Shown here: positions 1 to 9,496 of the stretch, in pieces
Position numbering within the stretch: position 1 is the first letter of the stretch
Layout of the letters: each line of letters opens with the position of its first letter
DNA from: Thermoanaerobaculia bacterium
GTDB lineage: Bacteria; Acidobacteriota; Thermoanaerobaculia; Multivoradales; Multivoraceae
Length of the DNA: 64,000 nt
Reading direction: 5' to 3'
Assembly (NCBI GenBank): GCA_963664405.1
Contig: OY761158.1
Span: forward strand, 320,001 to 384,000
Position numbers and translations under genes: made by a program
Notes under the pieces: model-generated
The model's database searches: none
What the model was told of the DNA's origin: nothing
Seen by the model: the letters and a program-made list of their open reading frames with translations, nothing else

Positions 1-421
1 GGCGGCGCGCCATACCGAGGCGACCGACAGCTCGGCGACGCGCACCGCCGCCCAGGAGCAGCGGCGTGGGAAGGCCGGCGGCGCGCACGACACCGCGGCG
101 GTGCAGACCACGATCCGTCAAATGCTGGACGCGATGGCGGCCGGAGAGATGGATCGGATGTTCGACTATCTCGCGGAGGATTTCAGATCCTACAGCGGCG
201 CTTCGAAAGAGATCTTCAGCAAGTACCTCGGCGATACCACCGGCACCAAGGTCGAGAGCGAGGCGATGAAGATCGAGTGGGAAGGTGCGACCGCCAACGT
301 CACCGGTGTTCGTTGGATTACCGGCTCGTTGAACTTTGGACTCGAGATGCTCGTCGACGAGTACGACGGAGAGTGGCGCGTCACCTTTATGGACTTCGAC
401 AGCAGGGACATCAACAGGTAG
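1..421 (+). CDS. Partial CDS (5' end probably outside window); C-terminal NTF2/SnoaL-like domain
   Basis: Frame of ORF 101..421 stays open back to the window start. 'TIRQMLDAMAAGEMDRMFDYLAEDF...EYDGEWRVTFMD' resembles the NTF2-like pattern. Confidence 0.45.
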   Translation, partial: AARHTEATDSSATRTAAQEQRRGKAGGAHDTAAVQTTIRQMLDAMAAGEMDRMFDYLAEDFRSYSGASKEIFSKYLGDTTGTKVESEAMKIEWEGATANVTGVRWITGSLNFGLEMLVDEYDGEWRVTFMDFDSRDINR

Positions 422-1091
422 GCCGCCGTCGCACCACCATCGCCACCTCGGCCAGGGCATCGAGGCCGATGCCGCGGTCACGGAGCTCTTGTAGGGCCTC
501 GCCCAGAGCATCGCCAAGCTCGCCGGCGAGGAGGGCCGGGAGGCGGGCCCTCAGGTCGCGGTCGCACCAGCGGGCGACTGTGGTGAAGCCGTGCTCTTCG
601 TAGACCGAGGCCGGGTGGCCGCCCATGAACATCGCCAGCGGCCGGAACGGCGGCACCGCCTTGGCTACGATCGCCTCCACGCCGGCGTCATCGGCCCAGC
701 GGACGAGCTCCCTCAAGAGATCAACGCCGATGCCGCGCCCGTGATAGCGCGGATCACGCTCCTCGCCGCTAGCGAGTTGGCCCACGTGGTAGCAGAAGAG
801 GTTGATCGTGCGCGCGGGCAGAGGTGGGCGCTCGGCCTCGTGAAAGTCGCCCCAGTAGAGCGGGTCCATGATGCCCCTGGGAGAGCGTAGCTCGGGATCG
901 TAGCGGCGAAACTGGAGCTGCCCCACGTGCTGGTCGCCATCGAAGACGAGCATAGCGCTCGACCCCAGGTCTGCGATGCGCCCGCGCACCTCGTCAGCCG
1001 TGCCCTGGCAATCGATGGGGGCACGGCCGACGTCGGCGGTGGTCATCAGTCGGTAGTGCATCCCGGTCGGAAGAGTGATGGTCTTTTCCAT
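411..1091 (-). CDS. GNAT-family N-acetyltransferase-like protein
   Basis: Acetyl-CoA motif A 'PRYHGRGIGVDLL' and C-terminal 'VYEEHGF'. Confidence 0.7.
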   Translation of the reverse strand: MEKTITLPTGMHYRLMTTADVGRAPIDCQGTADEVRGRIADLGSSAMLVFDGDQHVGQLQFRRYDPELRSPRGIMDPLYWGDFHEAERPPLPARTINLFCYHVGQLASGEERDPRYHGRGIGVDLLRELVRWADDAGVEAIVAKAVPPFRPLAMFMGGHPASVYEEHGFTTVARWCDRDLRARLPALLAGELGDALGEALQELRDRGIGLDALAEVAMVVRRRPTC

Positions 1092-1193
1092 CGAGCATCG
1101 CCGATCTTAGCTCGTCTTCAACGAAGCGCCTGAAGACGGATCCGGGGTGGGATAAACTGCCGCGAATTCCTGATTCTCAGAGAGGGGCAAGGC

Positions 1194-1829
1194 ATGGAAA
1201 TCATCCAGGCAACCGAGGCACACACGGAGCGATATGCCGATGAGTTCGCCGACCTGTTGTATGCCACCGGACCGGTGACCTACGAATACCAATTCGACGG
1301 CCGCGACTTATGCGATGAGATCGTCAAGGCCTCGTGGCGCGTGCCGGGGACTTTGTTCGGCTACGACGGCACCAGGCTCGCGCTCGACGGTGACGAACTG
1401 CTCGGCATCGAAGTCGGCTTTCACGCCCCCGAGTTTCAACATCGGAAAAAGGCTCTGGCACCGCTGTGGTCACCGCTGATCGAAGCAGGCGGGGTCTCCT
1501 CGGAGAGGCTCGGACGGATTGCCGAACGCACCTATCAGTGCGGCTATCTGAATGTCGCCATCCCTTCGAGCGTGTACTACATCCACGCGCTCGCGGTGAA
1601 GGAAGACCACCGCAGAGAGGGCATTGGCGCGGAACTGATGCGCAACGCAATCGACCTAGGTTTGGGCGCGGGTCTACGCGCGCTGCACCTCGATGTCCTG
1701 TCGGACAATCCGGCGGTCGAGTTCTACCGTTCCCTGGGAATGGAATGCCTGGTCGAGACCGTCGCTCCCGTGCCCCGCCAGAACGGCATCCCGATGGAGA
1801 TGCGCATGGCGATGAACCTCACCCAGTAG
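1194..1829 (+). CDS. GNAT-family N-acetyltransferase
   Basis: 'YYIHALAVKEDHRREGIGAELM' and 'LDVLSDNPAVEFYRSLG'; GAGGGG RBS-like sequence upstream. Confidence 0.85.
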   Translation: MEIIQATEAHTERYADEFADLLYATGPVTYEYQFDGRDLCDEIVKASWRVPGTLFGYDGTRLALDGDELLGIEVGFHAPEFQHRKKALAPLWSPLIEAGGVSSERLGRIAERTYQCGYLNVAIPSSVYYIHALAVKEDHRREGIGAELMRNAIDLGLGAGLRALHLDVLSDNPAVEFYRSLGMECLVETVAPVPRQNGIPMEMRMAMNLTQ

Positions 1830-1848
1830 AGGAGCGGCGTTCCCGATC

Positions 1849-2958
1849 TCAAGCCGGACTAGTGACTCGGTGGTAGAGCCGGGTGTTGAAATCCCTGATG
1901 AGATCGACTGCATCGGTTTGCGGCTCATCAAAGCGATCTTTCAGACCGGCCTCTCTGCACCTGTTCTCTATGTAGCCGCACCAATGCCAACCAATCATGA
2001 AGGATTGCGCAAAGCACTCGCCGGCCCACCTGACGTAGTTCTCTCCACGCTCCCGTTGGGTCTTGATGCCATGGGGGTTTTCTCGCCCAAAAGCTCTGAC
2101 GTGAAACGCGACATCCGCATTGACCACCGGTTTGTTCGTCAGCCGATGCCACGCCTCTGAGAGGGGTATGAAATCGTCAAGAGGTGGAAAGTGCTGAATC
2201 GATAGTACGTCCACAGTCGGAATCATGACTTCGAGGACGACCTCCGGCAGAGGAGCTTGACCGTCGTAGCGATCACCCAGAATGAGGTGGTTGGTGTCGT
2301 ATTTTCTAACCGCATCGTGGGTGACCTGGTAGTAGCGAGTAGCCATCTTGTGGAATTCGGCTCTCCCGGATGCAGATTCCAAGTCAAACATCCCAGACCA
2401 GCCTTTGTCATTTCGGTATCTACTTGTACTCCATGAAGGGATGTCCGAATAGAAATAGCCGATGAGCATAGGATCGTTGGCCATGTCCGCGCAGCAGTGT
2501 CGGGCCTGAAAATCGCACCAGTGCTCGAACTCTCTGCTGAACACGTCAGGAAATCGCGGATACTTGTTCCACATCTCCATTTCGGTGAAAGGAATGGCAT
2601 GGCAATAGGGCATGCCGACCCACCGATACTGGTCATGGCGCCATGGGAAAGTGTGGGTCCGTTTTGCGACATGAACCTCCTGTGACCATCCGACCGTGTT
2701 GAAGCCCCAATCCTCCAGATCCTGGTGGACACCACGTTCACAGAAGGACCTCTCATCCCCATACTTTTCCTTCCAGACATGGACGTTGTCGGGGTATTTC
2801 AGACACGATGAATCAATATGATTGACCCCCAGCGACAGGAAACCATGCCCATCCGGGGTGATGAACCACCACCGACCCTCGACTTCTTCTACTCGAAAAA
2901 AACCGGTCGCCTCGGAACGGATCTCCGCACAGCCACCAAAGCGATCTTTCTCAGACAT
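1849..2958 (-). CDS. Glycoside hydrolase, beta-agarase (GH50)-like TIM-barrel domain
   Basis: 'ATGFFRVEEVEGRWWFITPDGHGFLSLGVNH', 'WGFNTVG', 'DPMLIGYF', 'DTNHLILGDR' and 'IGWHW' follow the GH50-like pattern. Confidence 0.7.
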   Translation of the reverse strand: MSEKDRFGGCAEIRSEATGFFRVEEVEGRWWFITPDGHGFLSLGVNHIDSSCLKYPDNVHVWKEKYGDERSFCERGVHQDLEDWGFNTVGWSQEVHVAKRTHTFPWRHDQYRWVGMPYCHAIPFTEMEMWNKYPRFPDVFSREFEHWCDFQARHCCADMANDPMLIGYFYSDIPSWSTSRYRNDKGWSGMFDLESASGRAEFHKMATRYYQVTHDAVRKYDTNHLILGDRYDGQAPLPEVVLEVMIPTVDVLSIQHFPPLDDFIPLSEAWHRLTNKPVVNADVAFHVRAFGRENPHGIKTQRERGENYVRWAGECFAQSFMIGWHWCGYIENRCREAGLKDRFDEPQTDAVDLIRDFNTRLYHRVTSPA

Positions 2959-2983
2959 AGCGATTCCCTCTACAGTGCAGCGA

Positions 2984-4093
2984 CTACAAAACTCTCAACT
3001 CGCTTTGCTCATTGGCAAGCGTAATGTCGGTGAAGCTTGCGCGTGCGACGCGGTGATGAAAGGTGCTTAGCGCGATCAGCCAGATCCCGGTGACACGCGC
3101 CGGCGGTGGTCCCATCGCTTCGGCGACATCCTCGTACACGTTGCGCGTCTCCGCGTACCAGTGGCCGAGGCTGTCGCCGCGCGAACGGATCACGAAGTGC
3201 GTTTCGCGCTCCCTCCACACTTTGACCGGGCACGGAAAGTGCTCGCCCGGCTCGAGGCAGCTGCTCCAGATCCAGGTCAGGTCACGCCCATTGTCGAGCT
3301 CGGCGGCGACTGAAATATAGTCGTGTGAAATCACCTGGTCTTCCGGATCGCGGCTGGGGTGTTCGTCTACCCGCCACCGCCAGTGGATCGTCGTCGTCGG
3401 CGTCAGTGGAAAATCGATCGCGCGGCGCAGGATCCCTTGATCGTCGTCGGCATGGGCGTGGATTACGAGACCAGCGGACGAGTCCTCCTCGCGATACAGA
3501 TCCGCGTACCCGGTCTCGTGAAGATAGCCCCAACCCGACGGCGGCGCCAGAGGATGCCGAAGTCGCTCAGCCTCGGCGCTGATGAGCGCCGGCACCGGGC
3601 CCTCACGCTGCATGCTTTCGAGAACGAGCAGCGGGTCGCCGTCGAAAACCGCGACCGCGGCCCCGAGGGTACCCTCGAGGTTCTGGTAGAGAGCGGTCGA
3701 GGAGCGCAGGGTCCCGAACTCGTCGGCCCACATGCCCATATAGATGCCAAGCTCCAAGGTGCCGTCGGCATCCGCGACGAAGGTTCCGGTGTCGGCACGC
3801 AGGTTCACCGCGCGACCGCCCGGTTTGATGCGCGCCCATAGATGGAATCGCGGTCCCCCGTGCAAATGCGGATAGCGCTCCGACCACTGAATGCGACCCT
3901 CGGCAAACACGCTATAGGCCTGCCCCCGCTGCAGCTGCAACCCGGTCGATTGCCACGGCGACTGATTGCCCGGCAACGCCATGCGGGTCGCTGCGGCAAT
4001 CTGACCACGACCGGTAAAGCGGCGAAAGAATTCGGCGATGTCGAGGGTTTGCGCAAGGCTAGGAAGGCTCGTTGGAGTCATTCGATGTACCAC
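2984..4093 (-). CDS. DUF3047-domain protein with N-terminal beta-sandwich (lectin-like) domain
   Basis: C-terminal 'IHWRWRV...DLTWIWSS...WYAETRNVYEDV...ASFTDI' is DUF3047-like; N-terminal 'WQSTGLQLQRGQ..SVFAEGRIQW'. Confidence 0.65.
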   Translation of the reverse strand: MVHRMTPTSLPSLAQTLDIAEFFRRFTGRGQIAAATRMALPGNQSPWQSTGLQLQRGQAYSVFAEGRIQWSERYPHLHGGPRFHLWARIKPGGRAVNLRADTGTFVADADGTLELGIYMGMWADEFGTLRSSTALYQNLEGTLGAAVAVFDGDPLLVLESMQREGPVPALISAEAERLRHPLAPPSGWGYLHETGYADLYREEDSSAGLVIHAHADDDQGILRRAIDFPLTPTTTIHWRWRVDEHPSRDPEDQVISHDYISVAAELDNGRDLTWIWSSCLEPGEHFPCPVKVWRERETHFVIRSRGDSLGHWYAETRNVYEDVAEAMGPPPARVTGIWLIALSTFHHRVARASFTDITLANEQSELRVL

Positions 4094-4111
4094 AGCCGGA
4101 GCCGAAGCGGC

Positions 4112-6358
4112 TCAGCGCTGCCAGAGATAGGTGACCTTGAGAATCAGCTGTCGGGCCTGGGTGTGTCGTTCTTTGAGCGAAGGGGCCGTCCAGTTCTCGT
4201 TGTAGACCAGAAAGATGTCGGCGCCGGGTCGGTAGATCCAGTGGAAGCGGATGTTGACGCCGAGATCCTCGGCGGCCTCGTTGTACTGGGCGATCATGTT
4301 GAGTCGCAGATCGGGGGTGAACGACAGGTCGACTCCCTGACTCCAGAGGTCGATCTCGAAGGCACCCTGCGGCAGCTCGACGTCGTTGTGGGTCCAGGAT
4401 GTGGAGGTGCTAACGAGGCGTGACAGACGGAGATTGACCGTGTTGCTCAAAGAAAGCCAGTCGCCTTCGTAGAACTCGCCCCATTTCTGCCAGCCCGTCC
4501 AGCTCACAGAGCGTGAATCGTCGCTCACCATCAATAGCTCCCAGCCGTCGAACTCGAACAGGCCCGGAGGGATCACCACGCCGGGGAAGATCTCGAACGG
4601 AGCAAACAGCTGCTCCTTGGTACGGACGACTGCCATCTGCCAGAAGTCGTTGGTTTTGAGGATCATACCGATGGGAGAAAGCCAAGTCTCCTCGCTCTCC
4701 AGACGTCCGTCACTGGAGCGGTCGAAGCGGCTGTACGTGCCCTCGGACCACCAGGAGCGGATACCCGCGCGCTCGATCCGCGGTTGCCAGATAAAGCGAG
4801 GGTTGAGGAGGCGAAAGTCGTCGCGCAACAGAAAGCCCACGCCCGGATCGAAGTTCTGCTGCGACTCGAGGAAGTCCACGGACGTCGTGAGTGTCGGGCC
4901 CTGGTACTCGATGCCGGCCCCGAAGGATGCATCGTCGTCCTCGATGCCCGGCACCTCGCTGCGGCTGAAAAAACCGTTGGCCTGGAGGCTCTGGGTCGGC
5001 TTGATCTCGACATCGAAGCCGTAGAGGTTTTCAGCCCCGCCGTCGTCCGGATCGCGCTGAGTGAAGATGGCGCCTACGCTGGAGCGCTCACCGAGGTTGC
5101 GCTTTACCCTCGCGACGGCAAAGCCGGTCTGCGGCACCCTCCCGCCCGCGACCTCCGCCGCCTCGGTGCCGACGCCGAGAAAGCCGAGGTTCCATTCGCC
5201 GAGCCGGCCGGTGAGGCGAGCCCCCGCCTCGATCGGCACCGCCTCGCCACCCTCGAGCCCGATGCGCCGCGAGAAGAAGGCCTTCATCAGGGCGGGCTTC
5301 CACGGCACTCTCTGAATGGGGCCGAACTCGAAGATACCCGCGTTCTCGAGAAAGAAGTCGCGCTTCTCGGGAAAGAACAGAGAAAATCGAGTGAGGTTGA
5401 CTCGCAGATCGTCGACCTCGACCTCGGCAAAGTCGGTGTTGTAGGTGAGATCGAGGGTCAGAGACTTGCTCAGCCCCCATTTGACGTCCAGACCGCCCTC
5501 GATGTCGGTCGTCGAAGTACCGCTCGGAGGTTCTTCGGAGCCTGTGGCGAGGAGGTACGGCTTGATGTCGAGGCTACGCGATCGCCGCAGGCCGGCGAGC
5601 CCGGTCAGTGTACCGGCCAGGGAAACTCGGTAGGCCGCGACCTGGGTGACGGTCTCGGAGGTAATGGCTGCGGCGGAGCGCGGCAGATTCGCCCAGTTCA
5701 CCTCTTCGCCTTTGCGGCGGATGATCCGCTGCACATTCAGGCCCCAGCGATCGAGTGTCGGATCGAAGCGCAAGGTCGAGAAAGGGATGGCGATCTCCGC
5801 CGTCCAACCTTCGGTCGTTCGCCGGGCCTTTACCGACCACACACCGTCCCACTCGGTGTTGATGTCGCGGCCCTCGTCGGTGATCAGTGCATCGTGACGA
5901 GCCCCGTTCGGGTTGGTGGAGAAGGCGAAGGAGTTGCGGCCGTCGAGAAAGGTGTCGAAGACCAGCAGAAAAGAGTCGTCGGCGATGAGAGTGCCGTCAC
6001 GCTCCATCTCCTTGGCGATGATCTTCGCGGGCTCGCGATCGAAGGCGCGCAACGCCACGTAGAGTGTCGAGGGGGTGTAGACGATCGAGAACTCCGTCCG
6101 TTCGGTAGCCGGCTCTCCTTCGCGGGGCTCCCGTTGCCAGAAACCCGTACCGACCTCGGCACGTCCCCAGGCGGGCTCATCGAGCCGAGCGTCGACGAGG
6201 ATCGGCCGGTCGATCGCGAGTGCCTCGATCGAGGGGCGCGTGGCGAGAGCGGCATCGACCTGAGCCACCGCCGGGGCACAGAGCGTTAGCGGGAGGACGA
6301 CGAGAGTCAGGACTCGCAGACAGAGCCAGGAACTGACTGCGCGGCTGATGTCGGCCAT
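4112..6358 (-). CDS. DUF5916 / CBM9-like domain outer-membrane protein
   Basis: Signal peptide; 'DARLDEPAW', 'WTAEIAIPFSTLRF', 'NTDFAEVEVD', 'RFSLFFPEKRDFFLE'; beta-barrel-like C-terminus 'LKVTYLW'. Start placed at ATG 6358. Confidence 0.8.
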   Translation of the reverse strand: MADISRAVSSWLCLRVLTLVVLPLTLCAPAVAQVDAALATRPSIEALAIDRPILVDARLDEPAWGRAEVGTGFWQREPREGEPATERTEFSIVYTPSTLYVALRAFDREPAKIIAKEMERDGTLIADDSFLLVFDTFLDGRNSFAFSTNPNGARHDALITDEGRDINTEWDGVWSVKARRTTEGWTAEIAIPFSTLRFDPTLDRWGLNVQRIIRRKGEEVNWANLPRSAAAITSETVTQVAAYRVSLAGTLTGLAGLRRSRSLDIKPYLLATGSEEPPSGTSTTDIEGGLDVKWGLSKSLTLDLTYNTDFAEVEVDDLRVNLTRFSLFFPEKRDFFLENAGIFEFGPIQRVPWKPALMKAFFSRRIGLEGGEAVPIEAGARLTGRLGEWNLGFLGVGTEAAEVAGGRVPQTGFAVARVKRNLGERSSVGAIFTQRDPDDGGAENLYGFDVEIKPTQSLQANGFFSRSEVPGIEDDDASFGAGIEYQGPTLTTSVDFLESQQNFDPGVGFLLRDDFRLLNPRFIWQPRIERAGIRSWWSEGTYSRFDRSSDGRLESEETWLSPIGMILKTNDFWQMAVVRTKEQLFAPFEIFPGVVIPPGLFEFDGWELLMVSDDSRSVSWTGWQKWGEFYEGDWLSLSNTVNLRLSRLVSTSTSWTHNDVELPQGAFEIDLWSQGVDLSFTPDLRLNMIAQYNEAAEDLGVNIRFHWIYRPGADIFLVYNENWTAPSLKERHTQARQLILKVTYLWQR

Positions 6359-6461
6359 CTTAGTCCAAGTGTTCGACAGTCTGCCGCGCGCCCAAGGCCC
6401 GAAGAAGGTGCGCTGCGGACAACACCCGGTGAAGTGAGGACACCGCAACCGTAGGTGAGCT

Positions 6462-7943
6462 TCACCTTCCTGAACTTCGCGGAGCTTGCGGAAAGAAGCG
6501 AGCCAGTCGCGCCTCTTCTGGAGGGGCCGTGACCAGCGAGACGCCGATCAGCACCACCGTCGAGACCAGAAACATCACAGCTACCGGCATCACACCGCTA
6601 TCGGCGACCGTATAGCCGGGAGATCCCCAGCCCCGCGAAAAGAAGAAGATCCAAAGTGCAACCACAGTGAAGACCGCACTGAGCGCTCCCGCCGCGCTCG
6701 CTCGACGCCAGTACAGGGCGGCGACGACGATCGGAAAAAGAGCGGCGAAGCCGGTAAAGGACCATACTGCGAGACCGAAGATACTGCTCCGCGCCACCAG
6801 TGAGAGAAGGAAGGTCGCAGCGATCACGGCAGCGATGAAGATGCGCCCAGCGCGTACTTTCGCCACCTCCTCCATCTTTCCACCATAGACATAGCGCTGC
6901 AGGATGTCCTGCGTGAACATCGCACCCAGGGCTAGAGACTGCGAATCTAGAGAAGACATGATCGCCGCCAACACCCCCGCCGCCAGCAGACCAGAAAGAA
7001 GTTCAGGTGCGTGCAGATCGATCATGCGTACCAGAATGGAGTTGGCGGCCGGTCCTTGGAGACCGGGGAAATCCAGATTGCCGAGGGCGCCAAGCAGTAC
7101 GCTCGGCACCCACACCACCGCGATGCACAGGGGGTAGAAGATGATCGGGGCTCGGAAGGTCCCGGCACTCTTTGCCGACAACCAATGGGAGAAGATGTGG
7201 GGGAACATCCCCACCGACAAGGGTATGAAGGTATAGGTGAAGAGCTCGATGCGCCCGAAGACTTCACCCCGGATCAGCAGCTCAGGCTGCTCGGTCGCCA
7301 GCCGGGCCATGGCGACTCCCAGTCCTCCCATCCGATCAAGAACGACGGCAACGGTCACTCCGCCGAGAATCATGAAAACCAGGGTCTGAAATGTGTTCAC
7401 CCAGGCGGTTCCACGCATCCCTCCGTAGCTGACGTAGGCCACCACTACCACCGACACCACCAGCGCACCGACCCACTGGGGGATGTCGCCACCGGTGATC
7501 TCGTTCAAGGTGATGCCGCCGCCGAGGATTCCAATCAGGAGGTAGGGCACCAACAGCGTCACCAAGACCACAAAGAGGACGATGCCGAGAGCCTCCGACT
7601 GGAATCGCTCGCGAAAGTACTCCACCTGGGTGAGAAAGCCATGCTCTTTGCCCAGCGCCCATACTCGTGTGCCGACGAAAAAGAAGACAACGGGCACCAC
7701 CAGCGCCGAGGAGGAAGCCATCAGCGAAAAGACGCCGATACCGACCCGATAAGACTCGGCCGAGGCACCGAGAAGCGCGAACGAGGTCATATGGGTGCCG
7801 AAGAGGGTCATCAGCAGAACGAAGGGTCCGATACTGCGATCGGCAACGAAGTACCCCTCTCCCGTACTGCGCAGAAAGCGATGGCTCTGCGCCCCTACCA
7901 GGAGCACTAGGACCAGATACAGGGCGAGGATCGCAAGAGTCAC
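6462..7943 (-). CDS. Sodium:solute symporter (SSS) family transporter
   Basis: About 13 hydrophobic segments; 'YFVADRSIG', 'GGMRGTAWVNTFQ', 'LAAIMSSLDSQ'. GTGA overlap with upstream gene. Confidence 0.92.
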   Translation of the reverse strand: MTLAILALYLVLVLLVGAQSHRFLRSTGEGYFVADRSIGPFVLLMTLFGTHMTSFALLGASAESYRVGIGVFSLMASSSALVVPVVFFFVGTRVWALGKEHGFLTQVEYFRERFQSEALGIVLFVVLVTLLVPYLLIGILGGGITLNEITGGDIPQWVGALVVSVVVVAYVSYGGMRGTAWVNTFQTLVFMILGGVTVAVVLDRMGGLGVAMARLATEQPELLIRGEVFGRIELFTYTFIPLSVGMFPHIFSHWLSAKSAGTFRAPIIFYPLCIAVVWVPSVLLGALGNLDFPGLQGPAANSILVRMIDLHAPELLSGLLAAGVLAAIMSSLDSQSLALGAMFTQDILQRYVYGGKMEEVAKVRAGRIFIAAVIAATFLLSLVARSSIFGLAVWSFTGFAALFPIVVAALYWRRASAAGALSAVFTVVALWIFFFSRGWGSPGYTVADSGVMPVAVMFLVSTVVLIGVSLVTAPPEEARLARFFPQAPRSSGR

Positions 7944-8194
7944 GGTGAGCCTCCCCCATCACTCACGCCCTCCGACCGCGGCGCGCCCGCTCCGCCCGAC
8001 TCGGCCGCCGAGAATTGGGCGGGCCAGGCAAAGCGCACCAGCAGCGCCATCGCACCGATGACTACGAAGCAGTAGAGCAGGTGGTAGGTCAAGCCGACCG
8101 GCAGACCGAGCAGCAGGCGCGCGTCCTGCCACAGCCACCAGTCGTTGTGGGCGAGATAGAGAACGAAAAGGCCCAGGTAGAGGAGGCGGCGCAT
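7940..8194 (-). CDS. DUF3311-like small two-TM SSS accessory protein
   Basis: 'MRRLLYLGLFVLYLAHNDWWLW..ARLLLGLPVGLTYH'; the stop overlaps the symporter start, as is usual for these small partners. Start reassigned to ATG 8194. Confidence 0.75.
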   Translation of the reverse strand: MRRLLYLGLFVLYLAHNDWWLWQDARLLLGLPVGLTYHLLYCFVVIGAMALLVRFAWPAQFSAAESGGAGAPRSEGVSDGGGSP

Positions 8195-8228
8195 ACCGTC
8201 GCTCGAGACCAACCCTCGCCTGGCGAAG

Positions 8229-9494
8229 CTAGACCGTTTTCTCCATCGCCGCGGGGTAGGCGTCGGCGGGGAGCTTGCACATCGTAGCCAGATGCGCGAA
8301 CAGATCTTCGAAATCGCGGTCGAAGACCTTCCCGGTGAGGATGTGGATGATGTCCTTCTGATGCTGCGGGTACTTCCGCAGAAAGTCTCCGAAGCTGAAA
8401 TCCTCGGAGTAGAAAGCATGTACCAGAGAGCGCACCGACGCTATGCCCTGCGCCAGCGTCGGGCCGAAAGTACCCAACCTTTCAGCGCTCCAGTCCTCGC
8501 ACGCAAAGGCCTCGATGATCGCGTCCGCGGCCATCTCGCCCGACTTCAGAGCGAGCAGGACCCCCGAAGAATAGACCGGGTCGATGAAGCTGTAGGCATC
8601 CCCCACCAACACCCAGCCGGGACCCGAGATACTCGAAGAGCGATAGGAAAAGTCGCGCAGGACCGAGATCTCGCGAGCCAGGCTGGCCCCCTCGAGGCGC
8701 TCTTGTACCGGCGCACATTTGCGCACCTCATCGAAGAAGGTCTCCTTGGGGCTGTTGCTACGCCCTCCTATCAGATAGTCGACGGCGCCGACGACACCGA
8801 CACTGACGCGGTCGCCGGGCATCGGGATATACCAGAACCACGACTTCGCATCTTCGGTGTGGAGGATCAATGTAGCGCCTTCATCGATGCCCTCGTCGCG
8901 CCTGCCTCCCTCGAAGTGGGTGAAGATCGAAGCATGCCTCAAATAGGGGTCGGTCTTTCTCAGGCCCAGCTTGCGGGCAAGGAGCGAGCTCTGACCGGTG
9001 GCGTCGACCACCACCTTGGCGCTGAGCTCGAGTGGCGCCTCACCCTCTACTTCAACCACCGCACCACGGGCGCGCTCACCCTCGAAGAGCACGTCTCGGA
9101 CCCTGGCGTTGCGAACCACTTCGGCCCCACGCTTCTGCGCCACCCCGAGAAGGAGGTCGTCGAACTCGTGACGGAGCACCTGCCAAGTAGCGGAGCTCTC
9201 GTGGTCGTTCTCTTCGAAGAAGTAGAAAGGTCGCGAGGCTCGCCCGCTCTTGCTAAAGAACTGGACCGAGTGCTTGCGTGGAAAGTGGCTCGCCTCCAAG
9301 GCTTCGACGACGCCGAGACGCTTCAGCGTCCAGTAGGTCTCCGGCATCAAAGACTCGCCGATCTTGAAGCTCGACGGCTGAAGCTTCTCCACCACCAGCA
9401 CAGACAGATCGCCCTCGGCGCAGAGGGCAGCGGTGGTCGCCCCGGCGGGGCCGCCGCCGATCACGATGACGTCGTAGTCGCGAGCTCTGATCAT
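8229..9494 (-). CDS. FAD-dependent oxidoreductase, flavin-dependent halogenase-like
   Basis: 'DVIVIGGGPAG', 'IGESL', 'FPRKHSVQF' (candidate catalytic Lys), 'WFWYIP' (WxWxIP), 'VGDAYSFIDPVYSSGV'. ATG 9494 lies 2 nt after the receptor stop. Confidence 0.8.
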   Translation of the reverse strand: MIRARDYDVIVIGGGPAGATTAALCAEGDLSVLVVEKLQPSSFKIGESLMPETYWTLKRLGVVEALEASHFPRKHSVQFFSKSGRASRPFYFFEENDHESSATWQVLRHEFDDLLLGVAQKRGAEVVRNARVRDVLFEGERARGAVVEVEGEAPLELSAKVVVDATGQSSLLARKLGLRKTDPYLRHASIFTHFEGGRRDEGIDEGATLILHTEDAKSWFWYIPMPGDRVSVGVVGAVDYLIGGRSNSPKETFFDEVRKCAPVQERLEGASLAREISVLRDFSYRSSSISGPGWVLVGDAYSFIDPVYSSGVLLALKSGEMAADAIIEAFACEDWSAERLGTFGPTLAQGIASVRSLVHAFYSEDFSFGDFLRKYPQHQKDIIHILTGKVFDRDFEDLFAHLATMCKLPADAYPAAMEKTV

Positions 9495-9496
9495 GT

